Assembly: GCA_964019335.1 (NCBI GenBank)
Contig: OZ025648.1
Coordinates: 930,001-994,000, forward strand
Source of the DNA: Diplonema japonicum
Lineage: Eukaryota; Protista; Euglenozoa: Diplonemea
Direction: 5' to 3'
Length of the DNA: 64,000 nucleotides
Shown here piece after piece: positions 48,420 to 59,831 of this stretch. Each line of letters starts with the position of its first letter. Positions within the stretch are counted from its first letter, which is position 1. The notes beneath the pieces were generated by a model that worked only from the letters and a program-made list of their open reading frames with translations, was not told the DNA's origin and ran no database searches. A program made the translations under genes and the position numbers.

Positions 48420-49161
48420 TCAAGGGGTGAGTGGTTTTAGTCCGCATTGCATTGCCTGCACCCACTGAATAATAAACTGCAGAAGAGTTCCCTCTCATTC
48501 GGTTCTGTGAACGGGCTGCTTGATGGAGCAATCATGAAGCTCGCTGAATCGGCAGCTCATGTCGAGAACCCCCCATGGACGAACTTTTGCGTGTCCCACG
48601 GAGTCCAACTCAGTTCCACGGCATGTACCACGAATAAGGCTCAGGCCCGAAATCGAAACAGCTAAGCAGTTGGTCGAGCCGTTGCTTCACCACTTAGGCA
48701 ATCAGTTCTCCATAGAACTTGGCAAAGAGGCAAAGGATAAAGTGTGGAAGAGGGTGCAGCAGCTGAAGCCAGATAACTGGGTTAAGGCCGTGCGAGAAGA
48801 CATCAGTCTAGTGGTGGCTGAGCTTTTCAAGCTCAAGACAAGTTCTTCTCCCATCAACCACGACACCATCAGGGAGACTCTAGAGGGCTCTTTAAGCCCT
48901 GCATCGATAGAGTTCTTCTTGCTGCTATCCGCAATTCCCTGCTCTACAGCAGCGGTCGAACGCAGTTTCAAGCTGCTCCTCGTGTTCACAAGGCTCGGGA
49001 CATCAATTAAACCTGAGAAACTGAACCGTCTATTGGTGATAAGCACTGAGGGGGCAGATGTTCCGAGTGAAGACTTCATCAGTTGCGTCATAAGACGGTT
49101 TCATGATATGCCGACAAGCAGACGGCATGTGAACCTTACTGAGGCTGAGTTTCTGGAGTAG
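48420..49161 (+). pseudogene. hAT-superfamily transposase, C-terminal fragment (frameshifted)
   Basis: hATC dimerisation motif LLLSAIPCSTAAVERSFKLL...RLGTSIKPEKLNRLLVISTEG; an upstream frame gives LHPLNNKLQKSSLSFGSV. Confidence 0.8.
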
Positions 49162-49447
49162 CACAAACGTTCAGGGAGAGGAAAAAAAAAAGTGTTCAAG
49201 CCAACGAGAGGCCCAATTAACGTTCACCCCTATTTTTATTTTTTTTTGAAAAAAAGGGTCAAAAAATCGACCAAAAAGCACCGCAGGTCTATCGAAAAAA
49301 ACCCATTTTGAAGTATGACAATTCTTTTTCTTTTTTCCTTTTTATACACCCTCCTCCTCCTCCTTTTTCTCCTCCTCCCGGATTTCTTTTTTAAAAGAAC
49401 TTTTCCGCGTGTATTCAAAAAAGAAAGAAAATAAAAAAAGGAAGAGA

Positions 49448-50080
49448 ATGCTTGCCAGCAATGTGTGGGAAGATGAGATAAAAAGGCTCAAGGCTAGTTT
49501 AGAGGCGAAGGACAAGGAGCTGCTGCACGCACATGGCCAGATAGAGCTAGAGAGGTCGCGCGCAAACCGTATCAGAGGAGAGGTCTCTGATATTATTGGA
49601 AAAAAACTACGAGGGCAGTATGATGCCTACAGGGGAGAGGTCATGGCCCAGTACCAGAAAGAGGTAAGCAGCTTGAATATGAGCAGCATGCAGAAAGAAG
49701 AAGAGGAAGCACTGCTCCGGGGACAGGTTCGTGAAATGCAGCTGATCTTAAAACAAAAAGACTCAAGACTGCTAACTGCCGAAAAAGAAGTCACCTCACT
49801 CCTACCCGAAATCGATAAATACAGCAGGCTAGCACAAAGCTACAAGAAACAACTAATATCGGCAACAAACGAGCTTCAGGATTGCAAAGAGCAAAACGCG
49901 ACACTGCAAGAAACAGCAGCAGCACGCCACGTGGAGGCGAAAAGGTTGAAATCTGAGATTACGTTGCTTCAGACACAGGTTCTTTCGAAGAATGAAAACA
50001 TACACAGTCTAGAAGACCAATTGGCTGAACTGAATCAGAACATGCTGGTGCAGCACACCTCTCGGAGTAGACGACAATAG
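49448..50080 (+). CDS. Coiled-coil protein of unknown function
   Basis: About 210 codons with heptad-like composition. Confidence 0.7.
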   Translation: MLASNVWEDEIKRLKASLEAKDKELLHAHGQIELERSRANRIRGEVSDIIGKKLRGQYDAYRGEVMAQYQKEVSSLNMSSMQKEEEEALLRGQVREMQLILKQKDSRLLTAEKEVTSLLPEIDKYSRLAQSYKKQLISATNELQDCKEQNATLQETAAARHVEAKRLKSEITLLQTQVLSKNENIHSLEDQLAELNQNMLVQHTSRSRRQ

Positions 50081-50111
<31 letters not shown>

Positions 50112-50166
50112 GTTCTTCTTTCCCCCGTTTACCCTCCACTCAGGTTTGCGGTTTTGGTATATTTCT

Positions 50167-53100
50167 ATGCCGTCGCTCCTCGAGGCCGCTGTGGCCGTCG
50201 GACCCGCTGCCGTAGCAGAAACAAAGATCTCCCTCAGCGGGCAGAGCGTGACCACTATCGACGGCCACGACGACAAGGTCCGCGTGATGCTGCTGGCCAA
50301 CAACAACATAACCTCCCTGAAGGGTTTGGAAGGGTACAAGGAGATCCGAGTTTTGCGGCTGGAGGGGAACTACATTCGCAGCCTCAGGGAGATCGAACAC
50401 CTCTCAGAACTTGCGCACGTCACCAACATATGCATGAGGGGAAACCCCATTTGCAGACACCCGCTCTATCGCAGCACCGTTCTCAGGATCTTATCAAGCA
50501 AGAACAAGGTCCTCCGTCTAGATAGCGAACTTGTGGAGGCTGCCGACATGGAAGATGTGGACAGTGCAAAGCTTCTCAGTAATTTGTACATCCCACAGAT
50601 GCTTTGGTACCACCGTATGAAAGAGTCCATTGAGGCAGAGGGAGCTTCTCGTATCCAGCCAGCTTCGTGGCGGCATCCTAAACCTGTTCTCAAGCCTCCG
50701 CAAGGATCGTCGCGTGCTACAAATCTGCTGCTTATCATGTCTGAATGCTTCTCGCCCCCCGACGATGCTGGGTGTACACGTGCTGTTGTGTTGACTTGCG
50801 GGCGTTCGGTGTTGTTCGCGTCCCCCGAGATGTTCCAAAGCAAAGACATCGAGAGCTTCTCTAACAAGTTGAAACGGTACGTGATGAGCCACCCCACCCT
50901 CGTCACGGGCAGCGGGTTCGATTCGCTGACGGCACGCGACTTCCTCCTTGCGTGCGATCCAGTGGTCAACAACATGCTGTTTTCCATGCTCGTCAACTGC
51001 CATACTGCTTTAATTAGAGCAGCTGAGTTTCGAGCAGCCGCTGTTCTCACACCTCCCCCGACAGCGGACATCTCAGCATCGTTGAACAAACTCGCTTTGA
51101 ATCAGTTCCCCGCTGTCTCCAGCCCTCCGGTCCCCGTCGCTACGAGGCAGCCTGTTGTCATACCTGATATATGGGCGCACTCCATCGCCAAGCGGTCACC
51201 CAGCACTCCTCCTAAACAGGAGCAGGTGTTGCAGCCCAGTGCCATGTCCCCTACGCAATACGTGCAAAGCTCATCGCATTGCATACCACCCAAGAATGTT
51301 GATGTGTCCCCCATTCGGTATCCGCAGGACTCACCGGAACAGTCCGCGACACCTAAGGTCACAGGCCTGCCGTTAAACACAACACACACGCAGTACCTGC
51401 AGGACCTTAGCCGTGCTGACAGACCTTCACCTTCGTTGAGAAGGCGTCGCTACATGGGAGCACCTCTCATGGACATGGAGAAGAAGGCTGCTGAACTTCC
51501 TGCGGTAGAGAAAAAAGAAGTGGCGATTGTGGACGACAAAGAGGCGGTGCGGTGCATTGAAACACACAGCAAGGAAGTGTCCCTCAGTGTTGTGCACCAA
51601 TCTTGCGAAGTGCACATGGTAAAGACACCGCAAGTGTTCTGTTTGCGGAAGCTGGTGACCACCATCACACCTCCGAAGGAAAAGCCAAGGTACACGTACA
51701 CCACACGAATAGGGACCATAGGGCTGGAGCATCCTGATTCCCCCTCTTCGTCCATTGCTGAGGGGGAATGGCTTGAGGACCCGACCCCTGTGCGTGTAGC
51801 TCCTGTTCGTGTGACTCCTGATTTAAATCAAAGCCAAGTAGAAGAAGGTAACTGGTTGGAAGAAAGCGAACCTGATATGGAACTAGAAGCCTCCCAGTCT
51901 TCTCAGGAAGATCCTGCGCCTAGCACAGCAGGCACCAGAGATGTTCAAGGCACGCCACGACACGAAGAGGCCGACACATCGTTGGCTACAACCCATAATG
52001 CTGAAGGTTCTTGCACAGCAACGCCTAGCGTGCCTACACCCACAGGCAGCCAGCTACGTGTTTTAGATACTTCGCAAGGCACGTCTGTGCTTGCAACACC
52101 TCCCCAGCCATTGCAGGTGGAACCCCCTACTCCCGAAGTGGTGTGCAGCCCTGCTCCGCTTGTGCTTCCGGAAAATATCCCTTCCGCTGCTATCTCTGCG
52201 AGCACCCCAGAAAATGTGGAAACTAAGAAAATGGAAACTGATCTTGAGAGCCAGAAGCTTGGGGGTTCTAGTTTAGACTCCATAATACCCCTGGAGGCTG
52301 ACACCGTACAGCACGGCGCAGCTCCCGAGAAAGCTGCCGGTGTCCCAGAGGACTTGTCGCATCGCGAGGCGAAGGTTACAGAAGATACTTCAGAACACCT
52401 GCCCGAGGCGAAGGTTGCAAAAGATGCTTCAGAAAACCTGCTCGAGGCGAAGGTTACAGAAGATACATCAGACCACCTGTCTGCAGGTGAGCCTGAGCGT
52501 CTTCTGAGAACTTACCCTGGGCTGTCTGCACATCCGGCAGAGGGCATGCTCTCCGAGCACCTGAAACAGCCCCCGGAGCACGATTTAACGAAATCGCTGC
52601 TTTCAAGCATGAGTGCAGACAGCATTGGTGTGCGGAATAGTATGGGCCGTGTTCTTACTCCAACACCTACCCCTACATCGACACCTACACCTACACCCAC
52701 ACCTACACCCGACGTGCTGTTTCGGCCCAGATGGCACGACTTAAGACCTGAAGAGCCGCGAATTTCACCTGAAGCTGAGAGAACACCCTTATCTGTAACA
52801 CCAGCGAAGGTAGAAGAGACAGGGGCACCTGTTTTCGAAGACGAGAGGTTAGACAGTACCTACAGCATTGCAGAGACAGTCGAGGGTACGGACACCGCTG
52901 TTCCACTCGGCGGCAAAATGTGCGAAGAAGACACGCGCCACTACGATGACGAGGAGGATGCTGAACATATCGAGGAAGCACACGAGCTGACACAACCCGA
53001 CAGCACTGTAGTGTCGACAGATGAGGCAAATGAGAAACACTGTGAAGCAAGCCCTCCAGTCCCACGACAACATTGTGGTGTTCAGCTACCACATAAGGTA

Positions 53101-54282
53101 GAGCCTTTGGACACCAGAGATGCGGAATTGGATTTGCCACACAGACGCTCAACTAGTTTTAGTTCATCAGAACAACAGAAGCAAAAGAGAAAGAAAGATG
53201 AAGAACGGCTTGACGGGCAATACGAGCAACCTACTACTCAAACGGAAGAGGAGCTTGTAGACCTCGGCAGCTCTCATTCTGTGCATACAAAAGCAAGCAG
53301 TTCTGCGCAGCCCCGCAGCACACCTGCACCCGCACTCGTTCACAACTACAGCGGCTTCAGTGAGGTGCACTTCGACCCTGGCATCGATAGGATAAGCAGG
53401 AGCGGCTCGAACCAGTCCTTAGACAGTTCGAGGAGTTCGTTCGGAGGACAGAACATAAGCAGTTCCACATGTGAGGACGAAGTGCCCATGGCCACCCCGC
53501 AGTGGGGCCGCATGCGTCTGCTTCCACATGACGAGCATTGCGTGATGACACCGTTGCCGAGCAGGCTGAGGATGGACACACACGTGAAAAAGGAGCGGAA
53601 GCAGCCTCGAGGGTTGCTGTACCGATTCTGGCAGAGACTGGAGGGCGAAGACCCGTCATTAGTGCTGGTGAAGGAAGAGGCTCGGGAGGCAGTGCGGAGG
53701 GGGCTGCTGGCACAGGGTGTCAGCGGGGACGATGCAGACGACATAATAATGGCGGAGGAGAAAGCAATGGAAGGGGCGCTGCACAGCAGGTACAGGAGGG
53801 ACAGATATGACACGGGACTGGAGCTGAGCGTGGTCGAGGCCTACCAGAGAATGCGGGACAAATCAAAGGACGAGACGCGCGCTGTTCTGCTTGAGACCGA
53901 GATGGCGAGCGTGCGGTCAAGTCTTGTGGCAGGCGCGCGCAATGTGCAGACAGTAGCAATGAAGACCATGAACACGACTCTACGAGTGGCTACGACAACA
54001 CCGAGCTCTTCGTCCAGTACAGCAACGCCTACAGTAGACAAGACACGCCGCACAAAGAAGAAAAAGGCAAGCTTCGACTCGTCCCTTCTCTCCATCCTTG
54101 ACAACCTGACCGATGCAGGCATCACCAGCAAGCGAGACAGCACACGCCACGCAGAAAAGCGCGTCAGGCTCCTCATCATGTGCAGGTTCTTCACGACATG
54201 GAAGCGATCGTGGTCGGCGAGGGTTCTGAAAAAAGCGACCGCTGCCGCCGCACCCCCCCGGAGGAGGCGCATTATAATGTGA
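50167..54282 (+). CDS. Large protein with N-terminal SDS22-like LRRs and long disordered region
   Basis: VRVMLLANNNITSLKGL, IRVLRLEGNYIRSL, LRRcap GNPIC...YR..VL....VLRLD; internal 3 x 39-bp repeat at about 52366-52479 and a (PT)n tract. Confidence 0.85.
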   Translation: MPSLLEAAVAVGPAAVAETKISLSGQSVTTIDGHDDKVRVMLLANNNITSLKGLEGYKEIRVLRLEGNYIRSLREIEHLSELAHVTNICMRGNPICRHPLYRSTVLRILSSKNKVLRLDSELVEAADMEDVDSAKLLSNLYIPQMLWYHRMKESIEAEGASRIQPASWRHPKPVLKPPQGSSRATNLLLIMSECFSPPDDAGCTRAVVLTCGRSVLFASPEMFQSKDIESFSNKLKRYVMSHPTLVTGSGFDSLTARDFLLACDPVVNNMLFSMLVNCHTALIRAAEFRAAAVLTPPPTADISASLNKLALNQFPAVSSPPVPVATRQPVVIPDIWAHSIAKRSPSTPPKQEQVLQPSAMSPTQYVQSSSHCIPPKNVDVSPIRYPQDSPEQSATPKVTGLPLNTTHTQYLQDLSRADRPSPSLRRRRYMGAPLMDMEKKAAELPAVEKKEVAIVDDKEAVRCIETHSKEVSLSVVHQSCEVHMVKTPQVFCLRKLVTTITPPKEKPRYTYTTRIGTIGLEHPDSPSSSIAEGEWLEDPTPVRVAPVRVTPDLNQSQVEEGNWLEESEPDMELEASQSSQEDPAPSTAGTRDVQGTPRHEEADTSLATTHNAEGSCTATPSVPTPTGSQLRVLDTSQGTSVLATPPQPLQVEPPTPEVVCSPAPLVLPENIPSAAISASTPENVETKKMETDLESQKLGGSSLDSIIPLEADTVQHGAAPEKAAGVPEDLSHREAKVTEDTSEHLPEAKVAKDASENLLEAKVTEDTSDHLSAGEPERLLRTYPGLSAHPAEGMLSEHLKQPPEHDLTKSLLSSMSADSIGVRNSMGRVLTPTPTPTSTPTPTPTPTPDVLFRPRWHDLRPEEPRISPEAERTPLSVTPAKVEETGAPVFEDERLDSTYSIAETVEGTDTAVPLGGKMCEEDTRHYDDEEDAEHIEEAHELTQPDSTVVSTDEANEKHCEASPPVPRQHCGVQLPHKVEPLDTRDAELDLPHRRSTSFSSSEQQKQKRKKDEERLDGQYEQPTTQTEEELVDLGSSHSVHTKASSSAQPRSTPAPALVHNYSGFSEVHFDPGIDRISRSGSNQSLDSSRSSFGGQNISSSTCEDEVPMATPQWGRMRLLPHDEHCVMTPLPSRLRMDTHVKKERKQPRGLLYRFWQRLEGEDPSLVLVKEEAREAVRRGLLAQGVSGDDADDIIMAEEKAMEGALHSRYRRDRYDTGLELSVVEAYQRMRDKSKDETRAVLLETEMASVRSSLVAGARNVQTVAMKTMNTTLRVATTTPSSSSSTATPTVDKTRRTKKKKASFDSSLLSILDNLTDAGITSKRDSTRHAEKRVRLLIMCRFFTTWKRSWSARVLKKATAAAAPPRRRRIIM

Positions 54283-54462
54283 ACACGTAGATACGACGAA
54301 ACGCGAACAGAAGAAAAAGAATTCTCCTTTTAGATAACACATACCCGCCCTCCACAGTTAGTTACTCTTTATGTTGTGTATTCTTCCCCCCTCTCTCTTC
54401 TTCCTATTTCACAAAAAAAAAAAGACTACCCTTTTTCAGTAACTTCATCGTTTGCAAGAAGA

Positions 54463-55662
54463 ATGAGCGATTCAGACTCAGATGAGATACCTACGTTGGT
54501 GTCAGCAACGGGATCGGCAGGGGCGAAGACAGGAATGACGAACTATGAGATTCAACAAGCGCAAGCAGCGCTGGAAGCAAAGGGAGGCGGGAAGCCTGGT
54601 GTGGACTACAAGGTACCGGTGTCGATCGTGACCGGGTTCTTGGGAAGCGGGAAGAGCACGTTGGTGAAGCACATTCTAAGCATGCAGACGGATAAGAAGA
54701 TTGCGGTGATGGTGAACGAGTTTGGAGACTCCAACGACATCGAGAGGTCGATGCGAGTGGCCGACAAAGGAGATGACAACGACGATTGGATCGAAATGAG
54801 CAACGGGTGCATGTGCTGCAAGTTCAAAGAAAAAGCTGTCGAAGCACTCGAAAATCTAGTCAAACGCCGCGGCCGTTTCGACCACATTGTGATCGAAACC
54901 TCCGGCCTCGCCGACCCAGCACCCCTCATCGCAATGTTCTGGCAAGACCTCGACTTAGAATCCCCTCTGTCGCTGAACGGAGTGGTGACACTAATCGACG
55001 CAAAAAACATTCTAGGGTACCTGTCAACAGCGTCGTCAGAAGAGCATGGTGAAACAGCTGGGTTTGTCGAAGCATCACAGCAGATTGCCTTGGCCGACTC
55101 CATCATTATCAACAAGGCCGATCTCGTTACCAAGGAAGAGCTTGCAGCGGTGTCGGATAAAATGAAGCTTTTGAACCCTGACAGCCCTCAGCAGGTTGTG
55201 TCTTTTTCAAAGGTACTCGATGTCGAGGCGACCCTCTCTCTCCCCGCGAAGCAGGTCACACCGATGACCATGCACAGCCATGTTTCTGGCCCAGACGACC
55301 ATCACTGTACTGATGCGTGCACCCACGGTGCTAAGCATACCTCAAGCATCGGATCCATCACTATTGAAACTCCCGATCCCTTCCCCTCGAAGAGCACAAT
55401 CGACCACCTCATGAAGCTCATGCTGTGGGATGTCCATGCCGATGCCGCTCTCTCCACCTCTGTCCTCCGGCTGAAGGCGCTCATCCACGCTGGGGGCGAA
55501 ATATACACAGTGCAAGCTGTTGGCGATCTTTACGACACTGACCCTGTACCTCCCTCGTCCGACCACCTCAAGTGCAACAGAATCGTTATCATTGGCCGCG
55601 GCCTCAGCGCTGTCAACTGGCGTGAGAAGATAGATCAGGCCGTGGCTGCTACTAAGGCTTGA
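54463..55662 (+). CDS. ZNG1: COG0523/CobW-family Zn-metallochaperone GTPase (ZNG1/CBWD-like)
   Basis: VPVSIVTGFLGSGKST, NEFG, NGCMCC, IETSGLADP, NKAD, CobW_C region (LRLKA...VQAV...RIVIIGR), His-rich linker. Confidence 0.92.
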   Translation: MSDSDSDEIPTLVSATGSAGAKTGMTNYEIQQAQAALEAKGGGKPGVDYKVPVSIVTGFLGSGKSTLVKHILSMQTDKKIAVMVNEFGDSNDIERSMRVADKGDDNDDWIEMSNGCMCCKFKEKAVEALENLVKRRGRFDHIVIETSGLADPAPLIAMFWQDLDLESPLSLNGVVTLIDAKNILGYLSTASSEEHGETAGFVEASQQIALADSIIINKADLVTKEELAAVSDKMKLLNPDSPQQVVSFSKVLDVEATLSLPAKQVTPMTMHSHVSGPDDHHCTDACTHGAKHTSSIGSITIETPDPFPSKSTIDHLMKLMLWDVHADAALSTSVLRLKALIHAGGEIYTVQAVGDLYDTDPVPPSSDHLKCNRIVIIGRGLSAVNWREKIDQAVAATKA

Positions 55663-55817
55663 AAAAAAAGAGGGTGGGGAAAATTAGTTTTTGCGTTTGT
55701 TGTATTCTGTCGTTGTTACGTGGGGAGGGGAATAATACTATACACAGGAGGTGGAGGGGGTTTTGAAAGGGGGAAAGAAGAAAAAAAAGAAGAAAAAAAA
55801 AAAGGAAAGAAAAAGAA

Positions 55818-57351
55818 ATGTTGGCTACTAACTTTTACACGACGAGGTACGGGCTGGTGGGATACCATGGTGAAAGGGGGAGGGGTCCCGGCGGTGTGGA
55901 CTACAAAGCAACCGCCACAGCGGAGGACAGGTGGGCGGAATGGCAGAAACTGGCTGCGAACCGGTACTCAACGCCTCCGCCGCGTGTGGCTGCCGAGGCA
56001 GTGGACTCACCGAGGGACAGCTCGCCAGGGTCGGTGTTGGAGCACACACCAGGCCCAGTGCAGACACCGCCGACCAGGCAGGCGTGGGGCTCCCCGCAAA
56101 GGGGCAAGTCGTACACGTCCGAAGCAACGCCCCTCCCCTACGAGAAGAACCTGGCCTTGAGGACACCCTCGCCAGGCGCGCGCCTCTCATACGGCTACGA
56201 CGACGGGAACACCATCGAAACCCGCACCTCTGTGACCGCAGCTTCCACAACCCCCAAGACATTCTACAGTGCTAAACACGAAGAGAGCACGGAACCCACC
56301 AACACACAGTCGGCGAAAGCACTCTCAAACAACGAGGCGTGGGACAGGTGGTGGGCTGAAGTGAGCGTCAGGAGAAAAGAGCTCGCCCAGAGAGTGGCCG
56401 CGTCGAAACAGCAGCAACAGCAACACCAACAAGACCAGCAACAACAACCACAGCACCAGTATCTGGAGGAGCTCAAGCTTCGTTATCAAGGACACCAAAC
56501 GACAACACGGCCCCTGCAGCAAGACCCTCTGCCAGAAGGGTGGCGGGAGGTTCTGGACAACACCTCAGGGAGGGTGTTCTACCATAACGGCAGGACGGGT
56601 GTCTCTGTGTGGGAGAGACCGACTGCTTCAGTGGTGACACCCCTGACACCACGCACACCCCATCAAACAGCACGGAGCTCCACAAGTGGGGTACATGTCA
56701 TGCCACGCAGGTCAACATCAGCAGGCGCCAGACCACGTGCAAGGAGGTCTCCCTCAATGGACTGGACATCCTCCCAAGGGCTCATCCCACCACAGGCTAA
56801 AGAGGATATGCACAAGTACGTTGTGGTCCTCGACTTGGATGAAACACTCGTCTACGCACGTGACGGCCCGCTAGTGACACGGCCTGGCTGCAAGGAACTA
56901 CTGTCGTTCCTGTCAGAGTACTGTGAAACCATCATCTGGACTGCAGGGGAGAGATGCTACGCGCAGTTGGTGCTTGCGTCACTGGACCCCACAGAGAGTA
57001 CTGTGAAGCACTGTGTATATAGACACCCAAAGTGGTTCACAGGGCAAGCAGGGCAGACCAAGGACCTCAGGCTTCTTGGTAGGAACCTCGACAAGACCAT
57101 CCTTATCGATAACACGCCTGATTGTATCAGGAAGAATGTCACCAATGCGGCGTTGGTGCCCGACTACATGGGGGCGCCTGTGGACAGTACGCTGTTGTCT
57201 ATTCAAATATTACTGAAGCTTCTGGTGGCGTCTGCAAAGACAGTCCCTGCCTTCTTGCAGTCGACACCTTTGGTGGAGCTCAGTACCGTGAAGACAGATG
57301 TGTCCGATAGCATAGTTGTCTACAGTGTGGTGTGTGGCGGATTTGAAGGGG

Positions 57352-57389
<38 letters not shown>

Positions 57390-57496
57390 AGGGAGATGTA
57401 TCTAGTCGAAGTCCTAACTTGGACTCTTGCCAGGACACTGAAAACCAAAACGCTGCCTCTACTACTAGAACTAATAATAGGATGGTTTTAAGTTAA
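55818..57496 (+). CDS. WW-domain + FCP/SCP (NIF) phosphatase-domain protein (exons 55818-57329, 57392-57496)
   Basis: LPEGWREVLDNTSGRVFYHNGRTGVSVWERP (WW); VVLDLDETLV, RPG, WTAG, KDLRLLGRNLDKTILIDN. The poly(A)-filled segment 57330-57391 is read as an intron. Confidence 0.9.
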
Positions 57497-57571
57497 TTTT
57501 GTTTCCCTTTCTTTTTTGCTTTTTCTAATTTTACACACTCACACCATCTTTTTAAGAAAGGAACTGGCACT

Positions 57572-57609
<38 letters not shown>

Positions 57610-57809
57610 CTCTTCAGAAGAGAACTGTACAAAAAAAAAAGAGAAAAAAAAAGGGGAGGAAAGAAACCTGTTTTCTTTTTCTTCTTCTTCTTTTTTCTTT
57701 TTCTTCTTCCCTGACGATAAGAACAAAAAAAGAAAGAAGAGAACGAGTAAAAGGTATCCATTCACGCTCTGTCTTTAAAAAAAAAGAAAAAAAAAAGAAT
57801 CTAACAAAC

Positions 57810-57851
<42 letters not shown>

Positions 57852-58114
57852 CCATTCCTTCCACCCCACACATACACCCGTTACCTGTAAACAAGGACAC
57901 TGGAAATTAAAAAAAGAAAAGAAGAAAAAAAAAAAAAAAAACCGAAAGAAAAAAGAAAAAGAAAAAAAGTTTTAATCGTAGTATTTTTTTTTTATTTACA
58001 CTCATTGAGTTAGTTCTCCCTCTTTTTTTTTTTTTAAAGAAAACCTTTTTCTTTTCGTTTTTACTATCCCCCCCTCAACATCACAAAAAAAAAAGGGAAA
58101 CAAAAAAAGGGGGA

Positions 58115-59281
58115 ATGGGTTGCCACGATGCAGCCAATGTTCGGTACACAAGAGACAAGCGCATTGCACATATTCTGAACGAGATGTTACTGTTCTTGCT
58201 GAGGGAGCACCCTGCCGATGCGAAAAAAGCTTTGAAGAGGTGGCTGGAGAGCTCGGACGGAAGGGAAAGGGTGTGCAAGGACAAGAAAGAACACCATGAG
58301 CAACAACGACAACAGCCCCAAACTACACAACCACAGCCACTCCAAACACATACATCATACCCCTACTCCAGGGGATCGGGCTTGTCCGCCTTAAAATTAG
58401 CGAACAACCTACTCACCATAACAATCCTCGAGACCATTCTAACCCAACCAGCCCCCACCCCCTTCCCCTACGTTAAGGGAAGTGGTCTACTCGCATTACA
58501 CATCACAAAAGAGAAGCATCATACATACCTCAGTATCCTGTCCGAGCTTGACATGTCAGACGTTGTTCCCTTTGTTGGTGCTTGCCGTGGTGCATACCTG
58601 TATTTGTTACAGGAAGCAGGGTCGTCGACAGCTCACGTCCTTGTTGCTGGGCATGGGTTGGATGTGTTGAACAAAGCACATGCAACACCATGGGGGACGG
58701 CGTTGGAGGGCATCCTCACATCACCTGCACTTACAGTCGTTGGGACAACAGTGTCACGTGCAGGCGACGGGTTGGCGTTGCTTGCTGCTGTTGAACGCAG
58801 AACGTCGATAAACACGCTTTACGACCTCTCTCGAGAGGAACCTCCTTATGTGGGGCTGCGTTTGTTGAAGGGATTGGGGTGCGGGGCACTTTACGCCTTG
58901 GCTATGCAGGACGCACCCTATGCGGGGTTGGTCATGTTGAATGTGTTAGCACAGCCTGGGCACTTTGCGCTTGGGATGCTGCAAACATTATTGGATGATA
59001 CACGGCCTTGTACTGCGGTTGGGAGCGGGCTGGCTGCTCTTTCCGAAGCTAAGAAAACTAGGTCTCCAAGCATAGCAGCACTCTCAGAATGCCTTGTCCG
59101 CCCGCCGCCTTTGTGCGGGCTTGTAATGCTTAGCGAGGCTTGGTGTACATCTGCCACAAAAGCTCTTCTTGCTGCAGTTGTTGTGCAGAATGGGCCTTCC
59201 TGTGCCTTGGAAGGTCTTTCCCTGTTGACTGCTACGTTGAACGGATGCCTGCCAGGGATCGCCCTTTTGACAAATGCTTAA
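58115..59281 (+). CDS. Protein with N-terminal Dpy-30/RIIa-like docking helix pair and short GxGL-type repeats
   Basis: YTRDKRIAHILNEMLLFLLREHPADAKKALKRWL; recurring GSGL/GHGL/GDGL/YAGL motifs. Confidence 0.7.
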   Translation: MGCHDAANVRYTRDKRIAHILNEMLLFLLREHPADAKKALKRWLESSDGRERVCKDKKEHHEQQRQQPQTTQPQPLQTHTSYPYSRGSGLSALKLANNLLTITILETILTQPAPTPFPYVKGSGLLALHITKEKHHTYLSILSELDMSDVVPFVGACRGAYLYLLQEAGSSTAHVLVAGHGLDVLNKAHATPWGTALEGILTSPALTVVGTTVSRAGDGLALLAAVERRTSINTLYDLSREEPPYVGLRLLKGLGCGALYALAMQDAPYAGLVMLNVLAQPGHFALGMLQTLLDDTRPCTAVGSGLAALSEAKKTRSPSIAALSECLVRPPPLCGLVMLSEAWCTSATKALLAAVVVQNGPSCALEGLSLLTATLNGCLPGIALLTNA

Positions 59282-59403
59282 TGGATTGTTTGTGTTTTTG
59301 TTGGTTTTTTATTTTTTTATTTTTTATTTTTTTATTTTTTTTTATTATTCCCTCTAGTTTCCACTGGAGACATGATTATGAAATTGGTGAACGCATACCT
59401 TAG

Positions 59404-59434
<31 letters not shown>

Positions 59435-59744
59435 TAGTTTTTTTTTTCCCTCTCTTTTTTTCTTCTTTTTAATTTCTCCCCCTTCCTTCACCTGAATGGT
59501 ATTTTTTTTTCTACTACCCCCTCCCTCCTGTGCCTGAAATGGTAGGCAGAAAGTAGAGCACGAATTTATAACGAGGCTTGTCAATTAAAAATCTATCTAT
59601 TTCTCCCCCCCCCCTTCTATTTCTTTCTTGTATTCCCGATGAATAACACAACCGTATTTTTTTTCTCCCCCCTTTTCCTTTCCCCTCTCTTTTTTCTCCC
59701 CGTAAATTTACACAGTTTTTTATTTTTTTTTTGAAACTTAGTGA

Positions 59745-59780
<36 letters not shown>

Positions 59781-59831
59781 GAAGAAGGGCACGCCTCACA
59801 CACACACACACAAGAAAAAAATAATAGAAAA

